A DNA stretch of 64,000 nt from an uncultured virus (IMG/VR IMGVR_UViG_3300028903_000203). Its lineage: Duplodnaviria > Heunggongvirae > Uroviricota > Caudoviricetes. The translations under genes were made by a program, and so were the position numbers. Below, one piece after another: positions 19,863 through 28,900 of this stretch. The notes under the pieces were generated by a model. The model searched no databases and was not told the origin of the DNA. It was given only the letters and a program-made list of their open reading frames with translations. Position 1 is the stretch's first letter. Each line of letters opens with the position of its first letter. The stretch is from the IMG/VR virus record IMGVR_UViG_3300028903_000203; one strand, given 5' to 3'.

Positions 19863-21845
19863 ATGAGTTGCAAAGATGAGGCGCAGAACCAGAGCGGCGC
19901 GCTACAAGCCCAATCGCGGGTGAGTCCCAGCCAGGTGTCGGGGGCCGAGCTATGCCGTTTTCCCCGCTGCGGCCGGCCGTTGAACCGTGCCCACCAGTGT
20001 CCCCGCAACCATCCCCAGACGGACACGGGCATCACACAGCAAGTCAAAGCCGAGGTGGTTGGCGCGCGGCTCGAACTGGAATGGGGGCAGCGCGAAGTGG
20101 GGCGCGCCTTGGCGCGGGGCGAGCAGGAAGGGAAGAAGGCTGACCCGGAACAGTGGGACGCCTTCTGCAAGGACGTGGAGGCGTTTTACAGTCTTGCCCA
20201 GCGGCAGCAGGAGCTGGATACGGCCCAGGCCGATCTCCTGGCTTGGGCCCATGACCTCCTCGCCGCTGATGAGGCGGTGGTAGCGCAGCACGCCGCTCTC
20301 CAGGAAGCGGTGGAGCTGGGCGTCGAGCACCTGGAACCCGCGCAACTGGCTGCGGCCGTGGACCAGGCCCTGGCGCTCGAGACGGCGGTCGGCAAGAAGG
20401 GCGGGGCCGGGAAGCGGCGGGAGCAGCACGGGTACTACGAGGTACATCACCGGGTGCGCAAGTACACCGGCAAGGGCGTACGCATGACCACGCTGGCGCT
20501 GCGCTTCGTGGACGGGCACCTGGACGACCAGAGCAAACGAACCCTGGCCGCATCGGAGGCGACTATCTGGGGCGAGATCAATGGCCGGGTCACCGTGCTC
20601 ACTCCGAAGCGGGACGGGATGCTGGCCACCTGGTTTACATGCTCCGGGCACGGGGGCTTTGTGGTGGTCACGGACCACGAGCAGCCGGCATGGCAGGATA
20701 AACGCTGCCTGTCCCAAGACGACTGGAGCGGGCAATTGGCCCCTAACCAGTTCTACGTATACCGTTTCGAGGAGGATTGTGACTGGGCGATCTTCGAGGC
20801 CCCCCAATTTGAGGGCGTGATGCGGCAGCGCTGGGAAGGCTGGAACGATGCGAATACCAACAACCTCTTGTGGAGTGGGCCGCACAACTTGCACGTCGCG
20901 GCGCTGGCGGCCACCGGCGACCCTACTGGTGAAGGCTACCAGCACTTGCGGCGGCGCGAGTGGGAGAGTATCGTGCGCAGCTTGCTGCGCTACGGCCCCC
21001 AGCATTTGCCCGAGAAGTTTGCCGTGGGCCAGGTAGAGCTTGACCCGGCGGTGCGCCAGGTCTTGGAGCGTGAAGCGAACCAGGATGGCGAGTCGTGGGG
21101 GTCTGGTTATCGGGGGCGGGAAGAAGAGACCACCACCGCAGACATGGTGCTGGCTAGGCTGTTGCGAGCGCACCAGGCAGGCGCATGGGGCAACGTGGAC
21201 AGCAAAATCGCCGCGGACAACGAGCGGCTCCTGGCGGCCGGTGGGGGGGAACTGCGGTCCATGCGCGATCTGCTGCATGCGGACGACGTTGAGATTGTGG
21301 TGACGACTTCCGCAGATCGGCAGACGACCCGCTTGACGCTGGACCGTAACGGGAGTGCCCGCAAGCGCCTGGAACAAGCCTCGCGGGTGCTGCAAGACGT
21401 CAACGTAGTGATGCGAGGGATCACGCCCGCGCAGGGGGCGGCGTGTGAACCCCTCCTGCGAGAAGCGCTGGCCCGTACTACCGACCGGCCCGTGGTCACG
21501 CAGGCCCGTCAGCTCTTGGCCCAGGCATTAGAGGTGCAGGGTAAGTTCGACGAGGCCGAGCCGCTGTACACAGAACTCTTTCAGATGGCCCAAGGTGTGA
21601 CGGCGGCGGGCGGACGGGAGGATGCCGAGTTTGAGTTGGCCGTGGCTCTGGCCCGCACGCTGCATGGGGCCGGAGAGAACTGGCGGGCACGGGGCTATAT
21701 CGAACACGCCCGGGGGATGATCGCCAAGAGCCGGTCGCTGGGCTGGTACTATGGTGGCGATGTAGCCAAGCTCGGTCGGACCATAGAAGAAGCAGTGATG
21801 GAGGACGCGCGAGTGGCCCAACAAGCGGCGTTCGAGGAAGTATGA
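19863..21845 (+). CDS. MSC-leader multidomain protein: DUF7007-like domain, RH..G.WG plasmid-type domain, C-terminal TPR-like repeats
   Basis: TIWG...SGHGGF...FEEDCDWAI; LLRAHQAGAWGNVD...N.R.L..GG.L.S; LAQALEVQGKFDEAEPLY. Confidence 0.8.
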   Translation: MSCKDEAQNQSGALQAQSRVSPSQVSGAELCRFPRCGRPLNRAHQCPRNHPQTDTGITQQVKAEVVGARLELEWGQREVGRALARGEQEGKKADPEQWDAFCKDVEAFYSLAQRQQELDTAQADLLAWAHDLLAADEAVVAQHAALQEAVELGVEHLEPAQLAAAVDQALALETAVGKKGGAGKRREQHGYYEVHHRVRKYTGKGVRMTTLALRFVDGHLDDQSKRTLAASEATIWGEINGRVTVLTPKRDGMLATWFTCSGHGGFVVVTDHEQPAWQDKRCLSQDDWSGQLAPNQFYVYRFEEDCDWAIFEAPQFEGVMRQRWEGWNDANTNNLLWSGPHNLHVAALAATGDPTGEGYQHLRRREWESIVRSLLRYGPQHLPEKFAVGQVELDPAVRQVLEREANQDGESWGSGYRGREEETTTADMVLARLLRAHQAGAWGNVDSKIAADNERLLAAGGGELRSMRDLLHADDVEIVVTTSADRQTTRLTLDRNGSARKRLEQASRVLQDVNVVMRGITPAQGAACEPLLREALARTTDRPVVTQARQLLAQALEVQGKFDEAEPLYTELFQMAQGVTAAGGREDAEFELAVALARTLHGAGENWRARGYIEHARGMIAKSRSLGWYYGGDVAKLGRTIEEAVMEDARVAQQAAFEEV

Positions 21846-21870
21846 GCGGGCAACGACGTGGAGCAAGCCG

Positions 21871-23208
21871 ATGAGCTGCAAAGACGAAGCAGAAGCCCAA
21901 GCCCGGGTCTTAGCGCAGGTGACGCGAGTGGCCTTCGGTCAGGCGGAGGGGCGCGAGCGCTGCAAAAACCCCAAGTGTAATCTGCCCCTGAACAACCAAG
22001 GGAAGTGCCCGCGCGGCTGCGCACAAACGGTGTCGGCGCGCAGCGTACTGGCCCAGGTCGACCAGTGGTACGGTGAACTCTCCGGAAAGGAGTTGGCCGC
22101 CGCCGAGAAAGCCTGTGGGCAGTGGTTCCCTCGGGACGCCTTGAAATCTGATGATGCTGAGCAGGCGCTCACGACAATAGCGCAGTGGTACGAGCGTGTA
22201 GGACTCCATCCCGAGGCTGCCGCCAAGCTGCGCGCTGCTGAGAGACAGGCTACCGATGGGCCGAGTGAGCGGCCTTTTCCCCGCGACGAAATATACCGGG
22301 TGCTAGCTCAGGGCATGCCGGTGGAAGTGGTTATTCCCCAGGGCTTTGTGTTGGTGGGAAGTGAAGGGGAGCTGCTGTCGGCCAAAGCCTTTGCGGACGC
22401 CGCGACCGCCAGCACCGCCGCGCTGCGGGCGATGGACTTGACGGGGAGCGTGGTCATGGTGGTGGGGGCCGAGAAAGTGGGCGGCGCGTCGCCACGGCCT
22501 CCGCAGCTCCCTTTGGACATGCCGCCGGCCCCGGCGAGGCCGCCGCTAAACACAGCGGAGCGGGTCCTACTACGACAGGCGCTGCTGGAATTGGGCACGA
22601 CCCTGCGGCAGAAACCCTTGCCCGCAGCCGGCCCCGCGCTGTACGAGGTGGCGGTGTACCAGGAGGAGCGGGGCGAACCATCCGCCCGCTACCAGGTCGA
22701 TGTCGCGGCCGGCACATGCACCTGCGGTGGCGGTGGCGCTGAAGCGCGCTGCTCCCACCTGTTGGTAGCCACCCACCTCCATGGGCAGAACGTGGGCTGG
22801 GACTTGGCGAGGGTCACAGCTTGGCGGGATGCGGCCCTGGCCGACGGGTGGGCCGCTCGCCCGACGTACACAACGGTAAGTGGAGGGGTGGGGGAGTCGG
22901 CCGAGCGAGCTTGCACCCTTACCCGCGACGGGTTCACAGTGCAGGTTGTCACCCGCCCCGCCGGGAAGGACCGGCAGGGCTACGCCACCCCCGTCGATGC
23001 CAGTATCGCCGCTTGGGGGCCTGACGGCCTGGCTATCGAGCTGGACAGTCCCACCTATTCCATGACCGCCCTCCAACGCAGCCTGACCCGCTGCGGCTAC
23101 TGTGAGGCCGAGGGCCCCACTACCCGGCTGGGCTTTGCCGGCCGGGCCTGTCCGGAGTGCCGGACGGTGCTAGCCCCCAAGATCGAGCACCGGGGTTGGG
23201 CCGACTAA
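21871..23208 (+). CDS. MSC-leader protein with SWIM-like and C-terminal C4 Zn fingers
   Basis: Leader MSCKDEAEAQ; CTC...RCSH; CGYC...GFAGRACPEC. Confidence 0.85.
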   Translation: MSCKDEAEAQARVLAQVTRVAFGQAEGRERCKNPKCNLPLNNQGKCPRGCAQTVSARSVLAQVDQWYGELSGKELAAAEKACGQWFPRDALKSDDAEQALTTIAQWYERVGLHPEAAAKLRAAERQATDGPSERPFPRDEIYRVLAQGMPVEVVIPQGFVLVGSEGELLSAKAFADAATASTAALRAMDLTGSVVMVVGAEKVGGASPRPPQLPLDMPPAPARPPLNTAERVLLRQALLELGTTLRQKPLPAAGPALYEVAVYQEERGEPSARYQVDVAAGTCTCGGGGAEARCSHLLVATHLHGQNVGWDLARVTAWRDAALADGWAARPTYTTVSGGVGESAERACTLTRDGFTVQVVTRPAGKDRQGYATPVDASIAAWGPDGLAIELDSPTYSMTALQRSLTRCGYCEAEGPTTRLGFAGRACPECRTVLAPKIEHRGWAD

Positions 23209-23225
23209 TCCCAGCGAGCTGACGG

Positions 23226-24491
23226 ATGCCCTTGCGTGCGGTGGTAGATGGTCGTAACATAGTCGCCCCCTTCCTTTCCGACGAGGAGTGGCAAGAGCTG
23301 CGGCAGGCTGTCCAGGCCGGCCAGAAAGCCGTGGTCTTGCCCTGCTGCCAGGTCCCCGGCTTCCTGCGGGTCAGCCACCGGGGCACCCGGCACTTTGTCC
23401 ACAAACGGCGGGGCACGTGTTCTTGGGGGCCAGAGTCAGAGGACCATCTCCGGTTGAAGGAGGTCGTCGCACAAGCCGCGCGGGCGGCCGGCTGGGAGGT
23501 AACGACCGAGGCGGCCGGAGATGGCTGGGAAGCCGACGTGCTGGCCGAGCGCCCCGGCGGGCAATCTTCCCTGCGGGTAGCGTTTGAGGTCCAGTTGAGT
23601 CGTCAGACGCTGGAGACTACTTTGGCCCGGCAGGAGCGTTACCGCCGCAGTGGAGTGCGCGGGTGCTGGTTCTTTGCGCACCTGCCCCCACAACTGGACG
23701 GAACGGCGCGGCAAGACCTGCCGGCCTTTCGGATCAATCGCCAAGACCCCCTGTTGGTATTTCCCCACAGCGATAGTACCTACGCCCGGGTCGGCGGAAC
23801 ATGGAGCCCGCCTCCCGGACAGCCCTTGGCGCAATTCGTAGGCCGGTTGCTGGATCGGCAGGTGCAGTTCTGCACCGAAGCGGTGCGCCAACAGGAACTG
23901 GTGCTGGTTCTCCGGGGAACGGAGATACCGTGCCCGCACTGTGGGCAGATGACCACCGTGGGGCAAGTGCACCTCGAGCTGCGCCAGCAGTCGTGCTGTG
24001 GGCTGCCTCCCAGTAGATTGGCGATCCATTGTGGGTATCGGTGGGAACTCATGCGGCGGCCGGAGCTGGCTCAGGAGTTACCGCCGACGTTCATAAGCGC
24101 CTGCGGTGGCGGGATCGGTGACCACCCGTGCACCAGCGCACCAGACATTCCGTGCTGCTCGTTTGCCTGTCGGGCGTGCGGGCAAACCATTTGCTGGAGT
24201 GTGGTGGAACAGGTGCTGCGGTCCCGCATTGCCAGCTACCCCAGTGGCAGCTCGATTAGGACCGAGGAACGCGCGGAATACGTAGTGGCGCGCGAGTGGG
24301 TGCGGGAGAAGAAGCCCCATTGGTGTGGGCCGCTGACGGGGCTACCGTGTAATGCGGAGCGGCCGGCCCCGCAGGAGCTGCTGCCGCGGCTGCGACAGGC
24401 TATCGGGGACTATCTGCGCCCCGCCGTTCCGGCGTGCCCCCACATCGGCCGGCTACAAGCCCTCCGGCGGCAAGGGCGGCCCTCCTTCTAG
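23226..24491 (+). CDS. Competence CoiA-like PD-(D/E)xK nuclease family protein
   Basis: LPCC...HFVH...C...PESEDHLRLK...GWEV..E...ADVLA...VAFEVQLS.Q...RQERY...GVRGCWF. Confidence 0.8.
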   Translation: MPLRAVVDGRNIVAPFLSDEEWQELRQAVQAGQKAVVLPCCQVPGFLRVSHRGTRHFVHKRRGTCSWGPESEDHLRLKEVVAQAARAAGWEVTTEAAGDGWEADVLAERPGGQSSLRVAFEVQLSRQTLETTLARQERYRRSGVRGCWFFAHLPPQLDGTARQDLPAFRINRQDPLLVFPHSDSTYARVGGTWSPPPGQPLAQFVGRLLDRQVQFCTEAVRQQELVLVLRGTEIPCPHCGQMTTVGQVHLELRQQSCCGLPPSRLAIHCGYRWELMRRPELAQELPPTFISACGGGIGDHPCTSAPDIPCCSFACRACGQTICWSVVEQVLRSRIASYPSGSSIRTEERAEYVVAREWVREKKPHWCGPLTGLPCNAERPAPQELLPRLRQAIGDYLRPAVPACPHIGRLQALRRQGRPSF

Positions 24492-24817
24492 CCAGCGGCG
24501 ACTTGCTTCCAGGAGGCCAGCGTCGCTACACCCATGCCTAAACAGGGCACCCCCAAGAGCACGGCGAGGTAAGAACTGGGGGAGAAATAGAGGGCCAGGG
24601 CGATGGGCAGCCCACCAAAAGAGACGGCCAGTGTCCACCACCGCCGCGGTTCCCGCTCCGCCGGTCCCCAGCGTTGGCAGAAAGGCCCACTGCTCTCGCC
24701 CAGCAGCAGCAAGGTGACAAACAGCACGAGCAGAGTGTACCACACGGCGGTGTAGCTGAGGAGCAGGTACGCCAGGAGGGGGGACAAGACGGCAGTGGGG
24801 GTAAGCATCAGCACCAC
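24488..24817 (-). CDS. Small multi-pass membrane protein
   Basis: About four hydrophobic segments; lies downstream of the recombinase; exact start uncertain. Confidence 0.5.
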   Translation of the reverse strand: MVLMLTPTAVLSPLLAYLLLSYTAVWYTLLVLFVTLLLLGESSGPFCQRWGPAEREPRRWWTLAVSFGGLPIALALYFSPSSYLAVLLGVPCLGMGVATLASWKQVAAG

Positions 24818-24831
24818 GCTCCAGTCACGGT

Positions 24832-24859
24832 TGCTTTACTGCGAAATCCAACTAAAGCA
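24832..24859 (+). repeat. 28-bp dif-like site, copy B (overlaps recombinase stop codon)
   Basis: TGCTTTACTGC-GAAATC-CAACTAAAGCA with terminal 7-bp inverted repeats. Confidence 0.75.
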
Positions 24860-25994
24860 TTTCAGCGGCGTCCTCATCATCCGCCTCCTCCGGCCAAGAG
24901 TCTCCGGGAAGCGCGCCCGCCTGTTCGTGAAAAGCGGCGGGCGTGGCGGGGGGGACGGGTTCCGCCCCATCAAAGATGCGCGCGTGCTCGCGCTGCAAAT
25001 CCTCTAGGGCCACCTGGGCATAACGCCGGGTCGTATCCGCGCTCTGGTGCCCCAGGGCATCTTGGACCAGCGCCAGATTGCCGGAGAGCCGCAAGAGCAC
25101 TGTGGCATAGTAGTGGCGAAGCTGGTGCGGGGTGAGGCGGGCCAGTCCTGCTTGCGCGGCTAGGTCACGAAAAGTGCGTTGGATGGAGCGGGAAGTGATG
25201 GGCTGCACGCCGGGCTCTTTCTGCTGGGGGTTGTGACGGGCAAAGACCGGCGTCTCGGGTTGGTTCCGACCGTGGTCGCGTACTTGGAGATACTCTTGCA
25301 GTGAATCCCAGGCCCGGAGAGAAAAGAGAACTACCCGGTGTTTCTTGCCCTTGCCCTGGATTTCCGCGCCATGCTGTTCCGCCAGTAAATCGGCATAGCG
25401 CAGCGCGGTCAGCTCGGCCACTCGCAGGCCGGAGGTCATCAGGCATTCGACGATGGCCCGGTCCCGCAGCCAGACCAGGTGCCGGCGCTGTTCTGTTTCC
25501 GGCGTGACGGCGCTCCCCGCAGGCAGCGGTGGTAGCGGCGTGCGCACAACGACCAGTAGCCGCTCTACCGCGTCCTCGGAAGGCAGCCGTTTCAAGAGGA
25601 TATGGTCTTCGGCCTTGGCGGCTGCGTACATGCGCTTGCGTACCCGGTAGTAGTTGTCCATGGTGACATTGGGCACCCACCCTCCTTCCCCGACCACATA
25701 GGCGTACCAACTGAGGACGCCGGTGAGATAGGTGCGCAAGGTGGCGGGGTTCACCTCCCGGGCCGGGTTCTTGCTGCGCTTCTGGATCGTGCGCTGGAGC
25801 CAGGCGGGAAAGGGCAGCAACCAGTCGGTGAGGACCTCGCTGACCGGGGTAGCGCCGGTGACATGGTGGCGATTCTCCAGGTAGGTGACAAAGTAGCGCA
25901 GCCCGACCCGGTAGGTTGCGGCAGTTTGGGGACTGGCCACGTGCATCAGATCGAGAAACTCCGTCATCGTCACGTCAATCGTTGGTGTAGCCAT
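24852..25994 (-). CDS. Tyrosine recombinase/integrase (XerC/D-like)
   Basis: GAGGT RBS before MATPTIDV; RDRAI...SGLRVAEL (R), GKGKKHR (K), TPHQLRH (HxxR), LGH, TTRRY (Y); N-terminal core-binding domain. Confidence 0.93.
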   Translation of the reverse strand: MATPTIDVTMTEFLDLMHVASPQTAATYRVGLRYFVTYLENRHHVTGATPVSEVLTDWLLPFPAWLQRTIQKRSKNPAREVNPATLRTYLTGVLSWYAYVVGEGGWVPNVTMDNYYRVRKRMYAAAKAEDHILLKRLPSEDAVERLLVVVRTPLPPLPAGSAVTPETEQRRHLVWLRDRAIVECLMTSGLRVAELTALRYADLLAEQHGAEIQGKGKKHRVVLFSLRAWDSLQEYLQVRDHGRNQPETPVFARHNPQQKEPGVQPITSRSIQRTFRDLAAQAGLARLTPHQLRHYYATVLLRLSGNLALVQDALGHQSADTTRRYAQVALEDLQREHARIFDGAEPVPPATPAAFHEQAGALPGDSWPEEADDEDAAEML

Positions 25995-26085
25995 AGATAC
26001 CTCACGGCAGGGCACGTAAGCGGCGGTCGATAACTGTTCCCACCTATTATAATACACGAATGCCCCGGCCTGGTAGTGCCGGCGC

Positions 26086-26138
26086 TGCGCCATAATTGCG
26101 CCATAATTGCGCTATAACTATTATAGCGCAATTATGGC
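26086..26138. promoter_or_regulatory. Perfect 18-bp inverted repeat plus 11-bp direct repeats upstream of the recombinase (putative recombinase binding/res site)
   Basis: GCCATAATTGCGCTATAA-cta-TTATAGCGCAATTATGGC (26100-26138), preceded by tandem TGCGCCATAAT. Confidence 0.65.
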
Positions 26139-26157
26139 ACTATTTTGTCATCTCGAC

Positions 26158-26186
26158 TTGACAAAAGCACTACAATGTAGTATACT
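26158..26186 (+). promoter_or_regulatory. Sigma70 promoter TTGACA-N17-TATACT
   Basis: Near-consensus hexamers; the -35 is overlapped by the palindrome TTTTGTCA-N8-TGACAAAA (26143-26166). Confidence 0.75.
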
Positions 26187-26304
26187 TGTCAGTGCCAGGA
26201 TAAAGATAGTATCTTCAAGCTGGCAATAGACGGATGCGGGCAGCCGGGTGGAGAAACTTGTTGGCCGGGCTGCGTTTCCTTCGAGATAAACGAGGAGGCT
26301 TTCT

Positions 26305-26586
26305 GTGAAGGTAGTAACGACCATCATCGTCATCATCGCCGGCTTAGTGCTCGTAGCTCTGACCATCGACCTGGAAGGCGTGTTCGTGCGCCTCGACCGG
26401 GGCGATACGGGCCATATCTGCGGCCCCATCGGGCTCATCTGCGTGGATCAGGCCGAGCCGTGGCGGCAGCAGAACGTGCTCCCCGCTCGCAATGGTGGTG
26501 CCGCCCTGTTTCCGGCGAGCAACGGGCTGTTCCCGCTCCTGCGGGGGGCGGGGGAAGTCGGCGGGGTGGAGTCCTGCGGGGGGTAA
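26305..26586 (+). CDS. Small protein with N-terminal signal/TM segment
   Basis: GAGGAGG RBS, GTG start, hydrophobic N-terminus. Confidence 0.55.
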   Translation: MKVVTTIIVIIAGLVLVALTIDLEGVFVRLDRGDTGHICGPIGLICVDQAEPWRQQNVLPARNGGAALFPASNGLFPLLRGAGEVGGVESCGG

Positions 26587-26590
26587 CCCG

Positions 26591-27205
26591 ATGAGTGTGC
26601 TGTTGGTGCTCGTCACCCTGCTTGGACTGGTGCTGCCTGCGCCTACGGCGGTCCCGACCGTGCAGGGCGATATGAGTTGGTACGACCCGCCTAACTCGGT
26701 GTACGATGTGACGTGGCAGCACGTCATTGACCGGCACACGGAATGGGGCAACCTGCATGGACTGTCCGGCAACCTGCCGGGGAACCCCTACTGCGCGATG
26801 ACCGACCTGCCCATGGGCGCGTTGGTGGAAATCGAGTGGCACGGTATCAAGACCCGGTGCTACGTGGCTGACTACGGCCCGGAGAAGGCCGTTTTTCCGA
26901 ACCGCGTGGTTGACGCCAGCGTGGAAGTCTTTGAGCATTTCGCCGCCCGAGACGCGGGTGTGCTGTCCAACGTCACGGTGCGCTTGATTGACGCCACCTA
27001 CTGCGGGCCGGCCCCGCGGGTAGTAACCCCAGCTACAGTGGCACGATCCACGCCCGATCCTGCATTGGAGCGGCTGCGGCTGCTGGACAGCAGGGAGGAA
27101 GGGGCGGTGGTCGCGCGGCGACCCGTACACCGCGTAGCGGCACCTGCGCCACCGGCCTACTGGCCGGGGCCCGGCATGGGTCGCTGCCTTTGCTGGCCCA
27201 TCTAG
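26591..27205 (+). CDS. Secreted RlpA-like double-psi beta-barrel (lytic transglycosylase-like) protein
   Basis: Signal peptide; G..SWY...CAM..LPMG..VEI...V.DYGP...R.VD.S...F pattern. Confidence 0.7.
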   Translation: MSVLLVLVTLLGLVLPAPTAVPTVQGDMSWYDPPNSVYDVTWQHVIDRHTEWGNLHGLSGNLPGNPYCAMTDLPMGALVEIEWHGIKTRCYVADYGPEKAVFPNRVVDASVEVFEHFAARDAGVLSNVTVRLIDATYCGPAPRVVTPATVARSTPDPALERLRLLDSREEGAVVARRPVHRVAAPAPPAYWPGPGMGRCLCWPI

Positions 27206-27224
27206 CCCGGCCAGGTAGAATAAC

Positions 27225-27266
27225 AGCCAGGGGAGTCCTGTAACGGGCTCCCCTGGCTTTGTGTTT
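27225..27266 (+). terminator. Rho-independent terminator
   Basis: AGCCAGGGGAG...CTCCCCTGGCT stem followed by TTGTGTTT. Confidence 0.75.
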
Positions 27267-27317
27267 GGGGGGCAGACTGGCCCCCTATAGACAAAGCGCC
27301 CTCCTTGCCAGTACAAT
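27266..27317 (+). promoter_or_regulatory. Array promoter copy 3
   Basis: TGGGGGGC-agactg-GCCCCCTA, then TAGACA-N18-TACAAT, ahead of the second array. Confidence 0.7.
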
Positions 27318-27366
27318 GGGTAACACAGAACTTGGCGTGTCCGCCTGGGTGCCCGGGAGGGCCTTG

Positions 27367-28845
27367 ATGAGCTGTTCTGAGTTTTGGAAACAAGAGCTGG
27401 CCGGCCGCTTGCAGGGCGCGACCTTTATCGCGCCGGGCCAGGTGGATGGCGCAGTGCGCTGCAACCGGGAAGGTTGCAGCGAGCTGGTGCGTCGAGATAC
27501 CCAATGCTGCTTACGAGGCCACTCCCAAGCAGGTGGTGACGCCGGCAGGGGGGTGCAGACCGAGTTCCAGGCGCTGGGGTGCGTGATCGGCACGTTGCCG
27601 CCCATCGTTCAAGCCCTGGCTCCCTTGCGGCAGGTCCTGGCCGACCAGGAGGAGCCGGCTGCGGACTGGCCCGTGCGTATGGAGCAAGCCCTGGCAGTAG
27701 TGGCGGGCGAACCCCTTTTGGATGGCGACCCCCGCGTGCAGGCCGCGCGGGCCTTCGTTACGGACTGGCGGCGGGCGCGGGGCGAGGAGCCGCGCCCGGA
27801 ACACGATGTGCTGGAGAGATGGAAGATTATCCCCTACCTCACCCGCGATGAACAATCCTACCTCACCCGCGTTACGCGAGACGACGAGCGCAGGCGGAAG
27901 CGGAGAAAGGTTCCTCCGCCCCCAGAGCAGATCGAGCAACTGGCGGGGGAAGGCAAGTTCCGCGTGGGCGAGCACACCGTTGACCTAAATGCCCATACCT
28001 GCACCTGCTGCCAGCACGTCGCGCCAGGGCCGCAGGCGCAGGGTCATCGCTGTATCCACATGTTGAAAGTGAGCGACCACATGCGGAGGGGCGGCCCGGG
28101 GCCGGTAGCGAGCAGCCGGCTTGACGAGTGGCTGCACTTTGCCTGGCCCCTGCCGGCGGCGGCAGCCAAGGTAAAAGAGGACCTGGATAGTCTGGCGCAA
28201 CACGTTTCTGCCGAGGACTATGCCGCGCACCCCGAGTGGGTACGCGCCGCCGCTGTGCGGCTGGCCTTGTTGGTCGCCGAAATGCAAGGCCAGCCAGAAC
28301 AGGCGGGGGCGCGGTCGCAGGCGCTGCATGTATTGGAAACCTGTTTGCGCGGTGTCGGAGAAACAGAGGCCGCCGACCGCGCGGCGGCCGAGCGCACGGC
28401 GCTGGACTTGCAGACACGCCATGAGCGGGTGCGGGCCTTTGCAACGGCCCCCTTTGGCGGTAAGTACCCGTCGGGGCAGGTGCCGCCCTGGCCGCGGCCC
28501 GATTCCTGGATGGAGGGGCCTTACAAGGTGCACATCTACCCGAACCGGCATTATGAGGATGCCGGCCACACAGTGGTGTGTGAGGGGGCCGTGGTCGAGG
28601 TTTACGATACGTTTCGCGGCAAGGGGTGGAATAGGGCCGGGATAGGCGTGAGCAGCGCCGCGGAGATCACGGACGAGGCCATTGTGGCGCTGGAACAGGA
28701 GGTCGGGGCGATGTGCCCCCATACCCACATGGATGAAGTAACGCCTACCGCAGAGCTTTTGGAAGGCCGGCGGCTCTATGCGATGGAGCATCTGTGGCGT
28801 TGCCCCGACTGTGGGCTGGTGCGCATCGTGGATTCCAGCGACTGA
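27367..28845 (+). CDS. MSC-leader protein with SWIM-like finger and C-terminal CPH...CxxC (paralog of 28901)
   Basis: GGAGG RBS; MSCSEFWKQEL leader. Confidence 0.85.
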   Translation: MSCSEFWKQELAGRLQGATFIAPGQVDGAVRCNREGCSELVRRDTQCCLRGHSQAGGDAGRGVQTEFQALGCVIGTLPPIVQALAPLRQVLADQEEPAADWPVRMEQALAVVAGEPLLDGDPRVQAARAFVTDWRRARGEEPRPEHDVLERWKIIPYLTRDEQSYLTRVTRDDERRRKRRKVPPPPEQIEQLAGEGKFRVGEHTVDLNAHTCTCCQHVAPGPQAQGHRCIHMLKVSDHMRRGGPGPVASSRLDEWLHFAWPLPAAAAKVKEDLDSLAQHVSAEDYAAHPEWVRAAAVRLALLVAEMQGQPEQAGARSQALHVLETCLRGVGETEAADRAAAERTALDLQTRHERVRAFATAPFGGKYPSGQVPPWPRPDSWMEGPYKVHIYPNRHYEDAGHTVVCEGAVVEVYDTFRGKGWNRAGIGVSSAAEITDEAIVALEQEVGAMCPHTHMDEVTPTAELLEGRRLYAMEHLWRCPDCGLVRIVDSSD

Positions 28846-28900
28846 CGTGACTCAGGTAGGGCCGGCGGGCGAGGCTCTGCGGTTATGAGGAGGCTCTCTG

